A stretch of 64,000 nt of DNA from a bacterium (GTDB lineage: Bacteria; UBA8248), in the NCBI GenBank assembly GCA_965219955.1, contig OZ244799.1, positions 1,216,001 to 1,280,000 on the forward strand. The letters are read 5' to 3'. A program made the position numbers and the translations under genes. Below are positions 30,945-40,620 of this stretch, one piece after another; position 1 is the first letter of the stretch; every line of letters starts with the position of its first letter. Under the pieces are notes generated by a model that saw only the letters and a list, made by a program, of their open reading frames with translations, did not search any database and was not told the DNA's origin.

Positions 30945-33900
30945 TCACTTGTTCGCAACTACGATTTTCTCATAAACCTCTCGCACGCGGTCCGTATTTT
31001 CTTCATACCGGGCCAGCAACTTGGCATGGGCGCTACCGTCCATATCATCCACGAAATTCATCCGACGCGCCAACATGTCCATCGCCCGCCGCGTTTTCAA
31101 AAAAATGTTGATCGACTGTGCATTGCCGATGCGGAGCCGGTTCTCGACGAGGCGCAAGAAGCGGTATCCATCGAGTAGCGCGCCGGTGTCCTCGTCCGCA
31201 AGCAACCCCGCTTTGTTCAGCGCTTGCAATGCAAGGTAGGTGTTCGGAACCCGGAGTTCAGGATGCGCCCCGCCATTTCCTATCAGTAGATACTGCGTCA
31301 AGAACTCGATGTCGATGATCCCCCCGCGACCGAGCTTGATGTCGGCGATTCCCTCGTCCTCAGCGGAGAGTTCTTTTTCGATGCGCCCGCGCATGTGGCG
31401 AACCTGATCGACGAGGTCTGCGGGCGCTTCGCTCTCATATACGAAATCATTCACAAGCGCCATGAATTCCGCGCCGAACTCCTGCGATCCCGCAACATGC
31501 CTTGATCTTGTAAGCGCTTGTCTCTCCCATATCTCAGCCCGGTTCTCAAAGTAATCCATGAATACATCTATCGGCGCGGCCAGTGCGCCTTTTTCACCTT
31601 CGGGCCGCAGGCGCAGGTCCATTTCGTAGGTCCTCTCGCGCGTGGCCGATGCGGCGAGGCCGTCGCGGAGGCATGTGGCGACCTTGATGTAGAATTCATG
31701 ATTCGAGACGGATTTGTATTCTGCGGGTTTTCCGTCGATTTGTCCGCTCGTGTTGCCGGCGGCGCTGTAGACGAATATCAGGTCCAGATCCGAGCCATAG
31801 TTCATCTCCCCGCTTCCCATCTTGCCGAGTCCGATAATGGCGAACCGGGCTTCCGCCCCCGTTTCCGCCTCCATCGGGACGCCGTAGAGTTTGAGCATTC
31901 TCTCACGGGCAATCGCGTAGCCGCTCTTGAGCGTGGCTTCGGCAAGCTGGGAGAGGGAGGAGAGGGTCTCCAGGATGTCCGCCGCCCCGAGAATGCTTCT
32001 GATGCCTATGGCGAGTTCTTCGCTTTTTTTGACCCAATGCAGACGGGTGAATTTTTCTTCCGCCGAGATTTGCGCGTCGGTTATTTTTTTTAGTTCCCCG
32101 GCAAGCGCCTCCTTGGAGCGCGGTTCGGAGAGGGTTTCCCTCTGAAAGAGCGTTTCGAGTAGGCCTGGTTGTTCGATCAGAACCTCGGCCAGGTAATTGC
32201 TCGAGGCGAAGAGCTTGAGAATGATTTCCAGCGATTCTTCCTGCTGGGCCATGAAGCCCAGGATGGATTCGCGGCCGCCTCCTCGCTCCACGAATTTATT
32301 GAGGTGCGCGATGGCTCTGTCCGGTTCCGGGAGGTCGAGCGTTTGATACAGCAGGCGCGGGAGGAGTTCGTCGAAAATCCGTTTCGCCTTGGCGCTGACG
32401 TGCTCGAGTGATGCGCCGTTTCTCAGGAGCTTGAGGTGCGTACTGACGCCTTCGGGGTCCACGAAGCTGTATGTAGCCAGATCCTCGGCGGATAATGAAT
32501 CCCCCAGGGTAGGCGCCGGGGTCGGCCGCCCGCCCGCCGCTTCCACTTCCTCCTCCCCGTCTTCGCTTTGGAACATATTTTCAAAAATCCTCGATACGTT
32601 GTTCTGGTGATACGCCAGCCGGGTTTTCAGTTCGTTGCTCTCGGCGCAGTCCATCTTGCGCGCCAGCACGTTCAAACTCTTCTCGTCAGCAGGAACCTCA
32701 TGCGTCTGAAGCCCGTGCGTGACCTGCACGCGGTGTTCCACGTCTCTCAGGAACACGTAGGCGTTCGAGAGTTGGTCGCACTCATGCGGGGGCAGGAGGC
32801 CGAGCGCCTCGATGATGGAGAGACCCTCGAGCGTGCTCGGGTTCTGTAGGAGCGTTTCGCGGCCGCCATAGATGAGTTGCAGGGCCTGGGTGATGAATTC
32901 AATCTCCCGGATGCCGCCTTCGCCGAGCTTCACGTTTCGCGTCGCGGCGTCTTCGCCTTTCAGATTTTCGTTGATGCGGTTCTTGATGCGGCCGATCTCC
33001 TCGAGCACGCTGATGTCCATCGTCCGCCGATACACGAATGGGCGAATCATTTTCATGAAATCATCGCTCAAGGCGGCGGAACCCGCGCAATGGCGGGATT
33101 TGATGAGGGCCTGCCGCTCCCACGTCTCGCCCCAGGATTCGTAATAGACTTCGCAGCTTCTGAGCGAATAGGCCAGTGCGCCCTGCGAACCCTCGGGCCT
33201 GAGACGCGTGTCGATGCGGAACACATGACCCTCTTCGGTATTTTTCGCCATCAGGGATATGAGGCGCCGGGAGAGATGGGCAAAGAATTCGTGGTTGGAG
33301 ATGCTCCTTTTCGTCCTGCCCGTGATCGCGTCCGTCACGCCGGTCGTCTGTCCTTCGTCGGATGAATACACGAAGATCAGATCGATGTCCGAGCTGAAGT
33401 TGAGTTCCAGCCCGCCGAGCTTGCCCATCCCGATCACGCTGAATTCGGTGTTTCGCCACCTCCCGTCCGGGTTCTTGTGACGTGGTTTCCCGTATTTCTC
33501 TTCGAGTTCGGCTCTCGCGATCCGGACAGCCGCCTCCAGGCAGGCGTCCGCCAGATGGGAGAGGTTCGTGGTGATCTCCATGAGAGACGCCCGCCGCATC
33601 AGGTCCAACACGGCGATTCTCAGGTATTCGCGCTGGCGAAAGCGGCGCATGGCATTTTCCGGCCCGTTGGGCGCATCCTGACTCTCACGCACCCACTGCC
33701 ACAGTTCGGCGACCATTTTTTCTTTCGTGCGGGCAGCCCGCAACGTGCCGGGCCGCAGGAGCCAGTCGAGGAAGTTGGGATGCCTGAGAATCGTTTCGAT
33801 CAGGAACTGGCTCCCGCCGGCCAGCGCGAAGAATTCCGCTCTGCGCTCATCGGATCGGGTGAGGGCTTTCAGGAGCAAATCCGGTTTCTCCCGGGTTCCC

Positions 33901-34160
33901 AGAATGCGCTCGAAGTTGCTCAGGGCGCGCTCCGGGTCGAACGTATCGCGCAGAGATGAGAGCAGTTGGAGCAGGAACTCTGAATTGTTGCGCGGGAACG
34001 CAGGGTGCAAGGCCAGGGACTGGAGATTTCTGGTTACACCCAGAGGGTCGCTGACTCCGATCAGTCCGAGCAGGTCTTTCGCCGCCGGGGTGGGGGCGCC
34101 CCCCGGCAAGAGTTTTTCGATATGAGAAAACCCCGGGTGCACATCAATCCGATCGCTCAT
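30945..34160 (-). CDS. glnE: Bifunctional glutamine synthetase adenylyltransferase/deadenylase
   Basis: Two nucleotidyltransferase domains: MGKLGGLELNFSSDIDL...DTRLRPEG...WERQAL...KLGEGGIREIEF and a second copy of these motifs. Confidence 0.95.
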   Translation of the reverse strand: MSDRIDVHPGFSHIEKLLPGGAPTPAAKDLLGLIGVSDPLGVTRNLQSLALHPAFPRNNSEFLLQLLSSLRDTFDPERALSNFERILGTREKPDLLLKALTRSDERRAEFFALAGGSQFLIETILRHPNFLDWLLRPGTLRAARTKEKMVAELWQWVRESQDAPNGPENAMRRFRQREYLRIAVLDLMRRASLMEITTNLSHLADACLEAAVRIARAELEEKYGKPRHKNPDGRWRNTEFSVIGMGKLGGLELNFSSDIDLIFVYSSDEGQTTGVTDAITGRTKRSISNHEFFAHLSRRLISLMAKNTEEGHVFRIDTRLRPEGSQGALAYSLRSCEVYYESWGETWERQALIKSRHCAGSAALSDDFMKMIRPFVYRRTMDISVLEEIGRIKNRINENLKGEDAATRNVKLGEGGIREIEFITQALQLIYGGRETLLQNPSTLEGLSIIEALGLLPPHECDQLSNAYVFLRDVEHRVQVTHGLQTHEVPADEKSLNVLARKMDCAESNELKTRLAYHQNNVSRIFENMFQSEDGEEEVEAAGGRPTPAPTLGDSLSAEDLATYSFVDPEGVSTHLKLLRNGASLEHVSAKAKRIFDELLPRLLYQTLDLPEPDRAIAHLNKFVERGGGRESILGFMAQQEESLEIILKLFASSNYLAEVLIEQPGLLETLFQRETLSEPRSKEALAGELKKITDAQISAEEKFTRLHWVKKSEELAIGIRSILGAADILETLSSLSQLAEATLKSGYAIARERMLKLYGVPMEAETGAEARFAIIGLGKMGSGEMNYGSDLDLIFVYSAAGNTSGQIDGKPAEYKSVSNHEFYIKVATCLRDGLAASATRERTYEMDLRLRPEGEKGALAAPIDVFMDYFENRAEIWERQALTRSRHVAGSQEFGAEFMALVNDFVYESEAPADLVDQVRHMRGRIEKELSAEDEGIADIKLGRGGIIDIEFLTQYLLIGNGGAHPELRVPNTYLALQALNKAGLLADEDTGALLDGYRFLRLVENRLRIGNAQSINIFLKTRRAMDMLARRMNFVDDMDGSAHAKLLARYEENTDRVREVYEKIVVANK

Positions 34161-34190
34161 ATCAAATCCCCCCAGACGAATCATGAAGGA

Positions 34191-35405
34191 CTAGCGCGCA
34201 GAATCTCCCGGATTCGCCGCTGCCTGGTGAAGGGGCGAATTTTCTTCCGTTCTGGGCAACCATGAGAAGGCGATCAGACTTCCCAGACACGCTATGCCGA
34301 TTGCTCCGAAAACGAACTCCAAGCCGTATGCATCCGCCAGTATACCCAGAAAAAACAATCCAAGGCCAACAAAAATCTGGTTCGCCGTGAAAATAACGCC
34401 GACGACGCTGCCGGCCAGCCTGGGCGGACTGACCTCGAAGCCGTATGCGAAAATCACCGAGCGCATGGAGATGAGAAAAACGCCGACCGACGCGACGCAG
34501 ACGTACAGGGAAATGCCCGTGCCCGCGTGGGGGATCAGGAACATCGCGATTCCGCCGCCGGCGGTCCCGATGAAGAGGATCACTTTTCGGGAAACTCTGT
34601 CGGAGAGATAGCCGACGATCGTTTCGGGAAATATGGAGGCCGCCGAGTACACGCCGAGCGCAAGGCCCAGGGTGCTCGGACCCACGCCGTATTTTCTCAC
34701 CAGCAGGATGGCCAGAAATATCGAGACGACGTTGTGCGCCAGCGTCCGCACGCCCGAGAGCACGCAAGCCCCCATCATCCCGGGATTCTTGATAAGCGCA
34801 TCAACGAAATTGCGGGGCGTGATCGAGGAGCCGGTTTTTTGCTTTCCGCTGATCTGGAACGGCTCCAGAAAAATCCACAGGAGCATCGCCGTGGCGAAAA
34901 GCGGTATCGTGTTCACCATCAAAACGCCCCGCCAGCTCATGACGAGGAGCAGGTAGCCCGCGATGATGGGCGCCAGGGTCTGCCCCAGGTTGGCGCCCGT
35001 GCCGTGCACGCCCAGGGCGAAACCCTTGCGGTTGTCGAAGCGCATCCCCAGCAGCCCCATGGAGGGAGGGTGCCAGGTGTGCGTCGCCAAACCGCTCAGC
35101 CAGATGATGGGGGCAAGCGTCAGGAACCCCGTGGCGAAGCCCGCCCCGCCGTAGAACAGGGCGGCAGAAGCCATGCAGCCGACCAGCAGCCATTTCCCGC
35201 CGCCGTAGACGTCGATGACGTAGCCCGTGCCCACGCTACTGAAGGCGCTCATCACCGCTCTGCCGGTGAAGAGAAGCCCCACCTGGGTGAGGGTCAGCCC
35301 CAAGTCCGCCGCGAGAAAGGGAATGACGGGTCCCAGTACGCCCTGGAACCAGTGTTCACAGGCGTGGCCGGTGGTGAGCAGGGCGAGGATTTGCCATTTC
35401 TTCAA
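34191..35405 (-). CDS. MFS transporter (Fsr-like)
   Basis: About 12 TM segments, WHPP, GYLSDRVSRK. TTG start is approximate. Confidence 0.85.
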   Translation of the reverse strand: MKKWQILALLTTGHACEHWFQGVLGPVIPFLAADLGLTLTQVGLLFTGRAVMSAFSSVGTGYVIDVYGGGKWLLVGCMASAALFYGGAGFATGFLTLAPIIWLSGLATHTWHPPSMGLLGMRFDNRKGFALGVHGTGANLGQTLAPIIAGYLLLVMSWRGVLMVNTIPLFATAMLLWIFLEPFQISGKQKTGSSITPRNFVDALIKNPGMMGACVLSGVRTLAHNVVSIFLAILLVRKYGVGPSTLGLALGVYSAASIFPETIVGYLSDRVSRKVILFIGTAGGGIAMFLIPHAGTGISLYVCVASVGVFLISMRSVIFAYGFEVSPPRLAGSVVGVIFTANQIFVGLGLFFLGILADAYGLEFVFGAIGIACLGSLIAFSWLPRTEENSPLHQAAANPGDSAR

Positions 35406-35652
35406 GGTATTCCATCTTTCATAGAGAAGATGATGAGGCAAAATTGAAGACGGGAAATCCTAGCATCACGGCGTCCGGGCGAAAAGGCGAGGGGAGTTTT
35501 CCCCGTTTCCATGCGGGAGCCCCTTCGCCTTCTCGCCTCGTTTCGGCGCCGGAGCGGACGGAGGGGGAGGGAACCCCGGAATCCGGGTCGGACGGGGGCG
35601 GGCGAAGGGAACGAACCCGGCGGCGCCCGGCGCGCCAATGCGGGCTGTTGTT

Positions 35653-36137
35653 GGGAAATGCGGGGGAGCCGAATAATTTTTTCCGCCGCCAAATCTGAAT
35701 CCATGACGCTAAGTATTGAACATAACTAACTGAATCATAATAATTTATCAGGAAATATAGGTTCAGTAATTTATCGAAAAACCCCGTGAATTTATCCAAT
35801 TTTACGGAAAATATCATTATTTTCATTATCCTCTCCGCGTTCGGCTCCACCGGCATTTCTTCTCGCCCCGCGCCGCATGCCGAAGATGGCGTGGTTGGGG
35901 GTGAAACGCGAGTGAGGAGCGAGCGTCTGCGGCCTGCGCGGAAGAATTCGCCGACATCATTCCCGCCCCCTCGCCCGGTTCCATGAGATGGCCTCCTCTC
36001 CTTTTCGTTCCGTTCCAGGTGAAGCGGGAAAACCGTCTTTCCGCTTCGCGCGCACGATACCGAATCCCTGAAGCTTCGCGGCATCGCAAATGCGGGCGAA
36101 TGCGCGGAAATGCGTGAGCGACCCCCGACCGGGGAGG
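35653..36137 (-). repeat. AT-core dispersed element, copy 1
   Basis: Both ends and the AT-rich core resemble the reverse complement of 62088-62454. A 32-bp core segment matches 21290-21321 with 1 mismatch. Confidence 0.6.
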
Positions 36138-36190
36138 TCAATCGCGACTCGTTTTTGCTCGTCATTCCGACATTATTCCCGACTGAGAAA

Positions 36191-36547
36191 GGGGTTGTTG
36201 AAAAAGTCCTGATTCCGTGATTTGGAGTATGGAGCCAACCGGGGAAAGAGGAGGCTTCACTCCCCCCTTGAGGGGGATGTTGAATAACCCCCTCGATGTG
36301 GGAAAACCACCGTCATTCCGGTATCAGTCCCCGACTGATAATGGAGGGATTGATGCCGGAATGACGAACCAGAACCGCACCGCCTCACCCTGAGTAGCGG
36401 CGAAGCCGCGTATCGAAGGGCGAGGCCCCGCACCTGCCGGGGGACGTTCGTCCCTCCTCCTTCGATACGGCGCTGACGCGCCTACTCAGGATGAGGAGGT
36501 TGGGGCGCCTGCGCGCCCGTCCCGAAATCGGCTTTTTCAACAGCCCC
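36191..36547. mobile_element. MITE-like element with nested repeats
   Basis: ggggttgttgaaaaag ... ctttttcaacagcccc, enclosing cactccccccttgaggggg, a gtcattccgg/ccggaatgac pair and a cctgagtag REP pair (36383-36497). Confidence 0.72.
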
Positions 36548-36755
36548 GAGAAAGGAGGGATTGCGGAATCCAGGGTTTCGCCTTTTTGTTTTTTGTAGGG
36601 GCCGCGTATACGCGGCCCGTCGCCGGAGGGCGAAAAAACAGGGTCGCATGGTATGCGACCCCTACACGCGGATGCTTGCCCTTCGCAGATCACCGAACGC
36701 CGCGAAGGCGATCAAATGCCGCACCCGCCCGACTGGCTGCAATCCCTCATTCTTC

Positions 36756-37118
36756 GGGCCTGTTGAAAAACCCTGTTTCGGGATCGGCGGCATGGAGGTT
36801 CATACGGGGCAGGCGCGATGGTTTTGTAGTGACAACCCCTCCTCAAGGTTGTCCCACAGGTCGCGACCTGGCCCTGCGGAACCACCGCGCCAGTCAGTAA
36901 TCACTCCCCCCTTGAGGGGGAGTCGAAGAGGCCGAGCGTTTTTTGCGAAGGCCGATTCGGTGGGGGGTAAAATGCGTTTTACCGCCACCCGAATTATCCC
37001 CCCCCACCGAGTCAGCCTTCACCTGTCGGTTCGGCTTCCTCGTCTGGCTTTCCCCTCGGGAAGCCAGACCCTCAAGGGGGGAGTGATTCCTCTCTCCTCT
37101 GACTTTTTCAACCGTCTC
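36756..37118. mobile_element. MITE-like element containing a ~185-bp palindromic unit
   Basis: ctgttgaaaaa ... tttttcaaccg. The inner unit at 36900-37087 is an inverted near-copy of 50632-50818. Confidence 0.72.
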
Positions 37119-37279
37119 TGCAAGGCATTGCGCCTTCGTTGCTCCCCGGGGACAGCGAAATGCGCGGAATCGGGGCGGGCTGGCGCATGCGTATCCATGA
37201 AAAAGTGAGAAAAAACCCGCAAAATTCCGCCGATTTCCGCATGTTTGCCCCCAAATCCCGTATTCGCCCGCATTTACGG

Positions 37280-37325
37280 TTGACACCTCCCGGAAACGGA
37301 CGTAAATTTACTGGTAGGACAATCC
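37280..37325 (+). promoter_or_regulatory. sigma70 promoter with an adjacent FadR-family operator candidate
   Basis: TTGACA, 17 bp spacer, TAAATT, immediately followed by actGGTagGACaat, which resembles the PdhR/LldR TGGT-N3-ACCA box. Confidence 0.6.
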
Positions 37326-37374
37326 CATAAGGTGATGAGCCTCTCTGTGAGGCGCGTATTCGGGAGTTTGAAGC

Positions 37375-38082
37375 GTGGCCATCAGCGACAGACTGCAGAC
37401 GGTGAAGAAGACGCGCGTCTACGAGGCCATCGTCGCGCAGCTCACCTCCTTGATCCTGGAGGGAGAGATAAGGCCGGGCGAGAAACTGCCGTCGGAACGG
37501 GAGTTGTGCGAGCAATTCGGCGTCGGGAGAAACTCCGTTCGCGAGGCGACGCGCTCGCTCGAATCCGCAAGATTAGTGGAGACGAGGCAGGGGGAGGGCA
37601 CGTTCGTCACGGCGCATCCTGAATCCATGGTTCATGTGATTTCCGAAAAAGTCTCCTCCGATGCGGAGAGCGGCATCCATCACCTCTTCGAGGCGCGTAT
37701 GGTTCTGGAGCCTCAAATCGCCGCCCTGGCCGCCGAGCGTGTGACGGGCGCGGAACTCGAATATCTGGAAGACACGCTTCGCCGGCAGCATGGCGCAGTA
37801 GAAGACGGCGGTTTGGGCCTCGAAGAAGATACCCGGTTTCACTTGGGGCTCGCCGAGGCCGCCAGGAATCAATTCCTGCATCATCTGCTCAGCAGCCTGC
37901 TCAATTCGCTGAGCGAGATGCGCGAACGCTCGCTTCGTCGTGACGAAAGCGTGCGCCTGCGCTCGTGGGAGGCGCACCGGAAGATTCTGAAGGCCGTTTC
38001 GGACAAGGACAGGAACAGGGCGACGGCAGGGATGATCAGCCACCTTGTCGATATCAAAGGCAGCGAAGTCGAATCCGGTTGA
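37375..38082 (+). CDS. GntR/FadR family transcriptional regulator
   Basis: wHTH PGEKLPSERELCEQFGVGRNSVREA and an FCD domain (EARMVLE, DTRFH, EAHRKI). Confidence 0.93.
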   Translation: MAISDRLQTVKKTRVYEAIVAQLTSLILEGEIRPGEKLPSERELCEQFGVGRNSVREATRSLESARLVETRQGEGTFVTAHPESMVHVISEKVSSDAESGIHHLFEARMVLEPQIAALAAERVTGAELEYLEDTLRRQHGAVEDGGLGLEEDTRFHLGLAEAARNQFLHHLLSSLLNSLSEMRERSLRRDESVRLRSWEAHRKILKAVSDKDRNRATAGMISHLVDIKGSEVESG

Positions 38083-38190
38083 AACCGGGATATCGAAGAA
38101 AAATGAAATTCTTGTGAACCGAATTTGAGGAAATTCCGTCTTTCAGTTAAAAAGTCAGCTTCTTCAACTCCAAAGTGGGGGGTACCGAAT

Positions 38191-39381
38191 GTGAGTGTCA
38201 TATCGTTTGAAGTGATTTACAGAGGAATTTTTCAGAAAAGCCTTGCGGTGAAAATTTCGCGGACGTTGATTCTCGCGGCCGTGAAAGAAGGAAAGCCGGG
38301 CATCTCCTTCGGGCGCTACAGCGATTCGCCCGAGCGCAACGGGATTCCGGCCAAGCAGTTCGGCTACATCGCGGACAACGAGGAAGAGCTCGAGACCGTG
38401 GCGGCGCAGTACGAGCCGAAACAGGTGGACATCTCCATCTGCGTGGACGACACGCTGTGCAAGGGCGTGGAATCGTGGGCATGGTACGGGCTTCAGCCCA
38501 TCAACGCCGTCACCAAGCCCGGCGGCACGCTCATCGTCACGTCGAACCAGAAAGAAGACGAACTCGTCCAGCACATCCACCGCAGAGAAACGCCCTACAA
38601 ACTCGCGATCATCCCGGGCGAGGCGAGCTTCGCGGGTCTTTGGGTCTACAAGGACGACGGCACCGACGCGCGCTGTCTGGCGGCGGCCCTCAAGGCCGAG
38701 CCCACCATGTGCTCCATCGCGTCTCTGGAGTCGGCCATCCGCGAGAACATCGGCTCCGAAACGCACATCGAAGCCGCGCGGGAGGTGTATGAAGACCTGC
38801 GTCCCGTCGAGATCGAACCGGGCCAGGGCAACGACGAGGTTCCCTTCACGTTCGAACTCCTCAAGTGGCACGAAATGCGCCAGGGCGTCGTCATCGACGG
38901 CGTGGGCGGCCACGAGGGCTTCCGGGGCGGCGAAGGCGGCTACGAGCCGGGGAGAAACCCCTACTTCAAGAAGTGGTCGACCCGCACCATGCGTCCGGTC
39001 GTGTCTTTTGACAAATGCACGAAATGCACCCTTTGCTGGGTTGCATGCCCGGACACCTGTTTCGACGTCACGCCGGACGGCTTCTTCGACGCCAACATGG
39101 AGGCCTGCTGCGGCTGCGGCGTGTGCGAGGCCATCTGCCCCGTCAAGGACTGCATCACGATGGTGAACGAGGTCGTCTTTGAAGAGCGCGACAGCCAGTG
39201 GCAGATGTGGCAGGAGAACAAGGAAGATTACGACAAGTACATGGACGAGAAGATCAGCGTCGGCAAAATAGAGGGTCGTCACCCCATCACCGGTCTCGGG
39301 CAGGCGTTCTCCGGCATCGGCATCGAGATGGGTCACAACCCCGAAACGGCCCAGGTCAAATCTCTTCAAGACCTCAAATAG
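38191..39381 (+). CDS. 2-oxoacid:ferredoxin oxidoreductase fused gamma/delta subunit (oxalate oxidoreductase delta-like)
   Basis: N-terminal gamma domain (YSDSPERNG) plus a 2x[4Fe-4S] domain: CTKCTLCWVACP and CCGCGVCEAICP. Confidence 0.85.
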   Translation: MSVISFEVIYRGIFQKSLAVKISRTLILAAVKEGKPGISFGRYSDSPERNGIPAKQFGYIADNEEELETVAAQYEPKQVDISICVDDTLCKGVESWAWYGLQPINAVTKPGGTLIVTSNQKEDELVQHIHRRETPYKLAIIPGEASFAGLWVYKDDGTDARCLAAALKAEPTMCSIASLESAIRENIGSETHIEAAREVYEDLRPVEIEPGQGNDEVPFTFELLKWHEMRQGVVIDGVGGHEGFRGGEGGYEPGRNPYFKKWSTRTMRPVVSFDKCTKCTLCWVACPDTCFDVTPDGFFDANMEACCGCGVCEAICPVKDCITMVNEVVFEERDSQWQMWQENKEDYDKYMDEKISVGKIEGRHPITGLGQAFSGIGIEMGHNPETAQVKSLQDLK

Positions 39382-39399
39382 GATAATAGGAGCGAACTG

Positions 39400-40617
39400 A
39401 TGGCGACAGCAACCGAACAACAACAAGGTGCGGGAGTTCATCTCCTCACCGGAAGCGAGGTCATGGCCCACGTTTGCCGCCTCGCCGACGTGGATGTCAT
39501 CACGGCGTATCCGATCCGGCCGTATGACACCGTGATGCAGTACGTTTCAAAATTCATCGCCGAGGGCGATTTCGACGCCGACTACATTCCGGCGGAGAGC
39601 GAGCACGGCCAGTTCGAGATCGTCAAACACGCCTCGGCCTGCGGCGCGCGGGTGTTCACCGGTTCGAGCGGCGTGGGCTGGCTCTATGCGATGGAGCCCC
39701 TGGCCGTTACGGCGGGCCTCAGGCTGCCCATGGTGGCCCTGGTCGGCTGCCGCGCGTTGGACGACCCCGGCGCTTTCGGCACCGAGCACAACGACGCCAT
39801 GCTCGTCCGCGACCTGGGCTGGATGATCAACTTCCCCGACACGGCGCAGGAAGTCGTCGAGCTCGGGCTTCTGTCCTACCGCGTCGCCGAGGACCCGAGA
39901 GTCTACCTGCCGTGCGCCATCGCGATGGACGGCGCGTTCCTGACGCACAGCCAGGCGACGGTGCGACTGCCCGGCCAGGAGGAAGTCGATGCGTTCCTCC
40001 CGCCCTACGACAGGGGCGACCTGCTTCTTCACCCCGACAACCCCATCACCATCGCGCCCCAGGCGAACGAGGACTGGCTGATGGAGGTGAGGCGGCAGAG
40101 CAGCGAGGCGGCGAAAAACGCCTACACCGTGCTCAAGGAAGCCCACGCCGATTTCAGCAAGACTTTCGGCGTGGATACGGACCCCTTCCTCGATGAGTAC
40201 ATGACCGAGGATGCCGACGTCGTGCTGTGCGGCATGGGGACGCTGAGCCTGCCGGTGAAGGTCGCCATCCGCGAAATGCGCAAGGAAGGCAAGAAGGTCG
40301 GCATGGTTCGCCTCAAGTGGTTCCGCCCCTTCCCGACGGAAGAGTTGCGCGCGTCGCTCTCGCGATTCAAGGCGGTGGGCGTCATCGACCGCGACTACTC
40401 GTTTGGTTCTCCCTATCATGGTGGTATAGTGTTCAACGAAGTGAAAGCCGCCATGTACGGGGCGGACAAGGTGCCTCACATGAAAGGATTCGTCTGCGGC
40501 CTCGGTGGCCGTGAGGTGCTGCTCGAAGACGTCAAACAGATGGCCGACAAGGTCATTTCCATGGGTCAGAACGATGCGGCCGACAACGAAGTCGACTGGA
40601 TCGGAGTGAGGGACTAA
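39400..40617 (+). CDS. 2-oxoacid:ferredoxin oxidoreductase alpha subunit (oxalate oxidoreductase-like)
   Basis: Motifs AYPIRP, ESEH, GARVFTGSSGVG, RALDDPGAFG, FRPFP, GLGG. Confidence 0.9.
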   Translation: MATATEQQQGAGVHLLTGSEVMAHVCRLADVDVITAYPIRPYDTVMQYVSKFIAEGDFDADYIPAESEHGQFEIVKHASACGARVFTGSSGVGWLYAMEPLAVTAGLRLPMVALVGCRALDDPGAFGTEHNDAMLVRDLGWMINFPDTAQEVVELGLLSYRVAEDPRVYLPCAIAMDGAFLTHSQATVRLPGQEEVDAFLPPYDRGDLLLHPDNPITIAPQANEDWLMEVRRQSSEAAKNAYTVLKEAHADFSKTFGVDTDPFLDEYMTEDADVVLCGMGTLSLPVKVAIREMRKEGKKVGMVRLKWFRPFPTEELRASLSRFKAVGVIDRDYSFGSPYHGGIVFNEVKAAMYGADKVPHMKGFVCGLGGREVLLEDVKQMADKVISMGQNDAADNEVDWIGVRD

Positions 40618-40620
40618 ATC

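Noticed and set aside
35445-37275. CRISPR array
   Set aside because: The repeats are palindromic, heterogeneous and irregularly spaced. There is no repeat-spacer periodicity and no cas operon.
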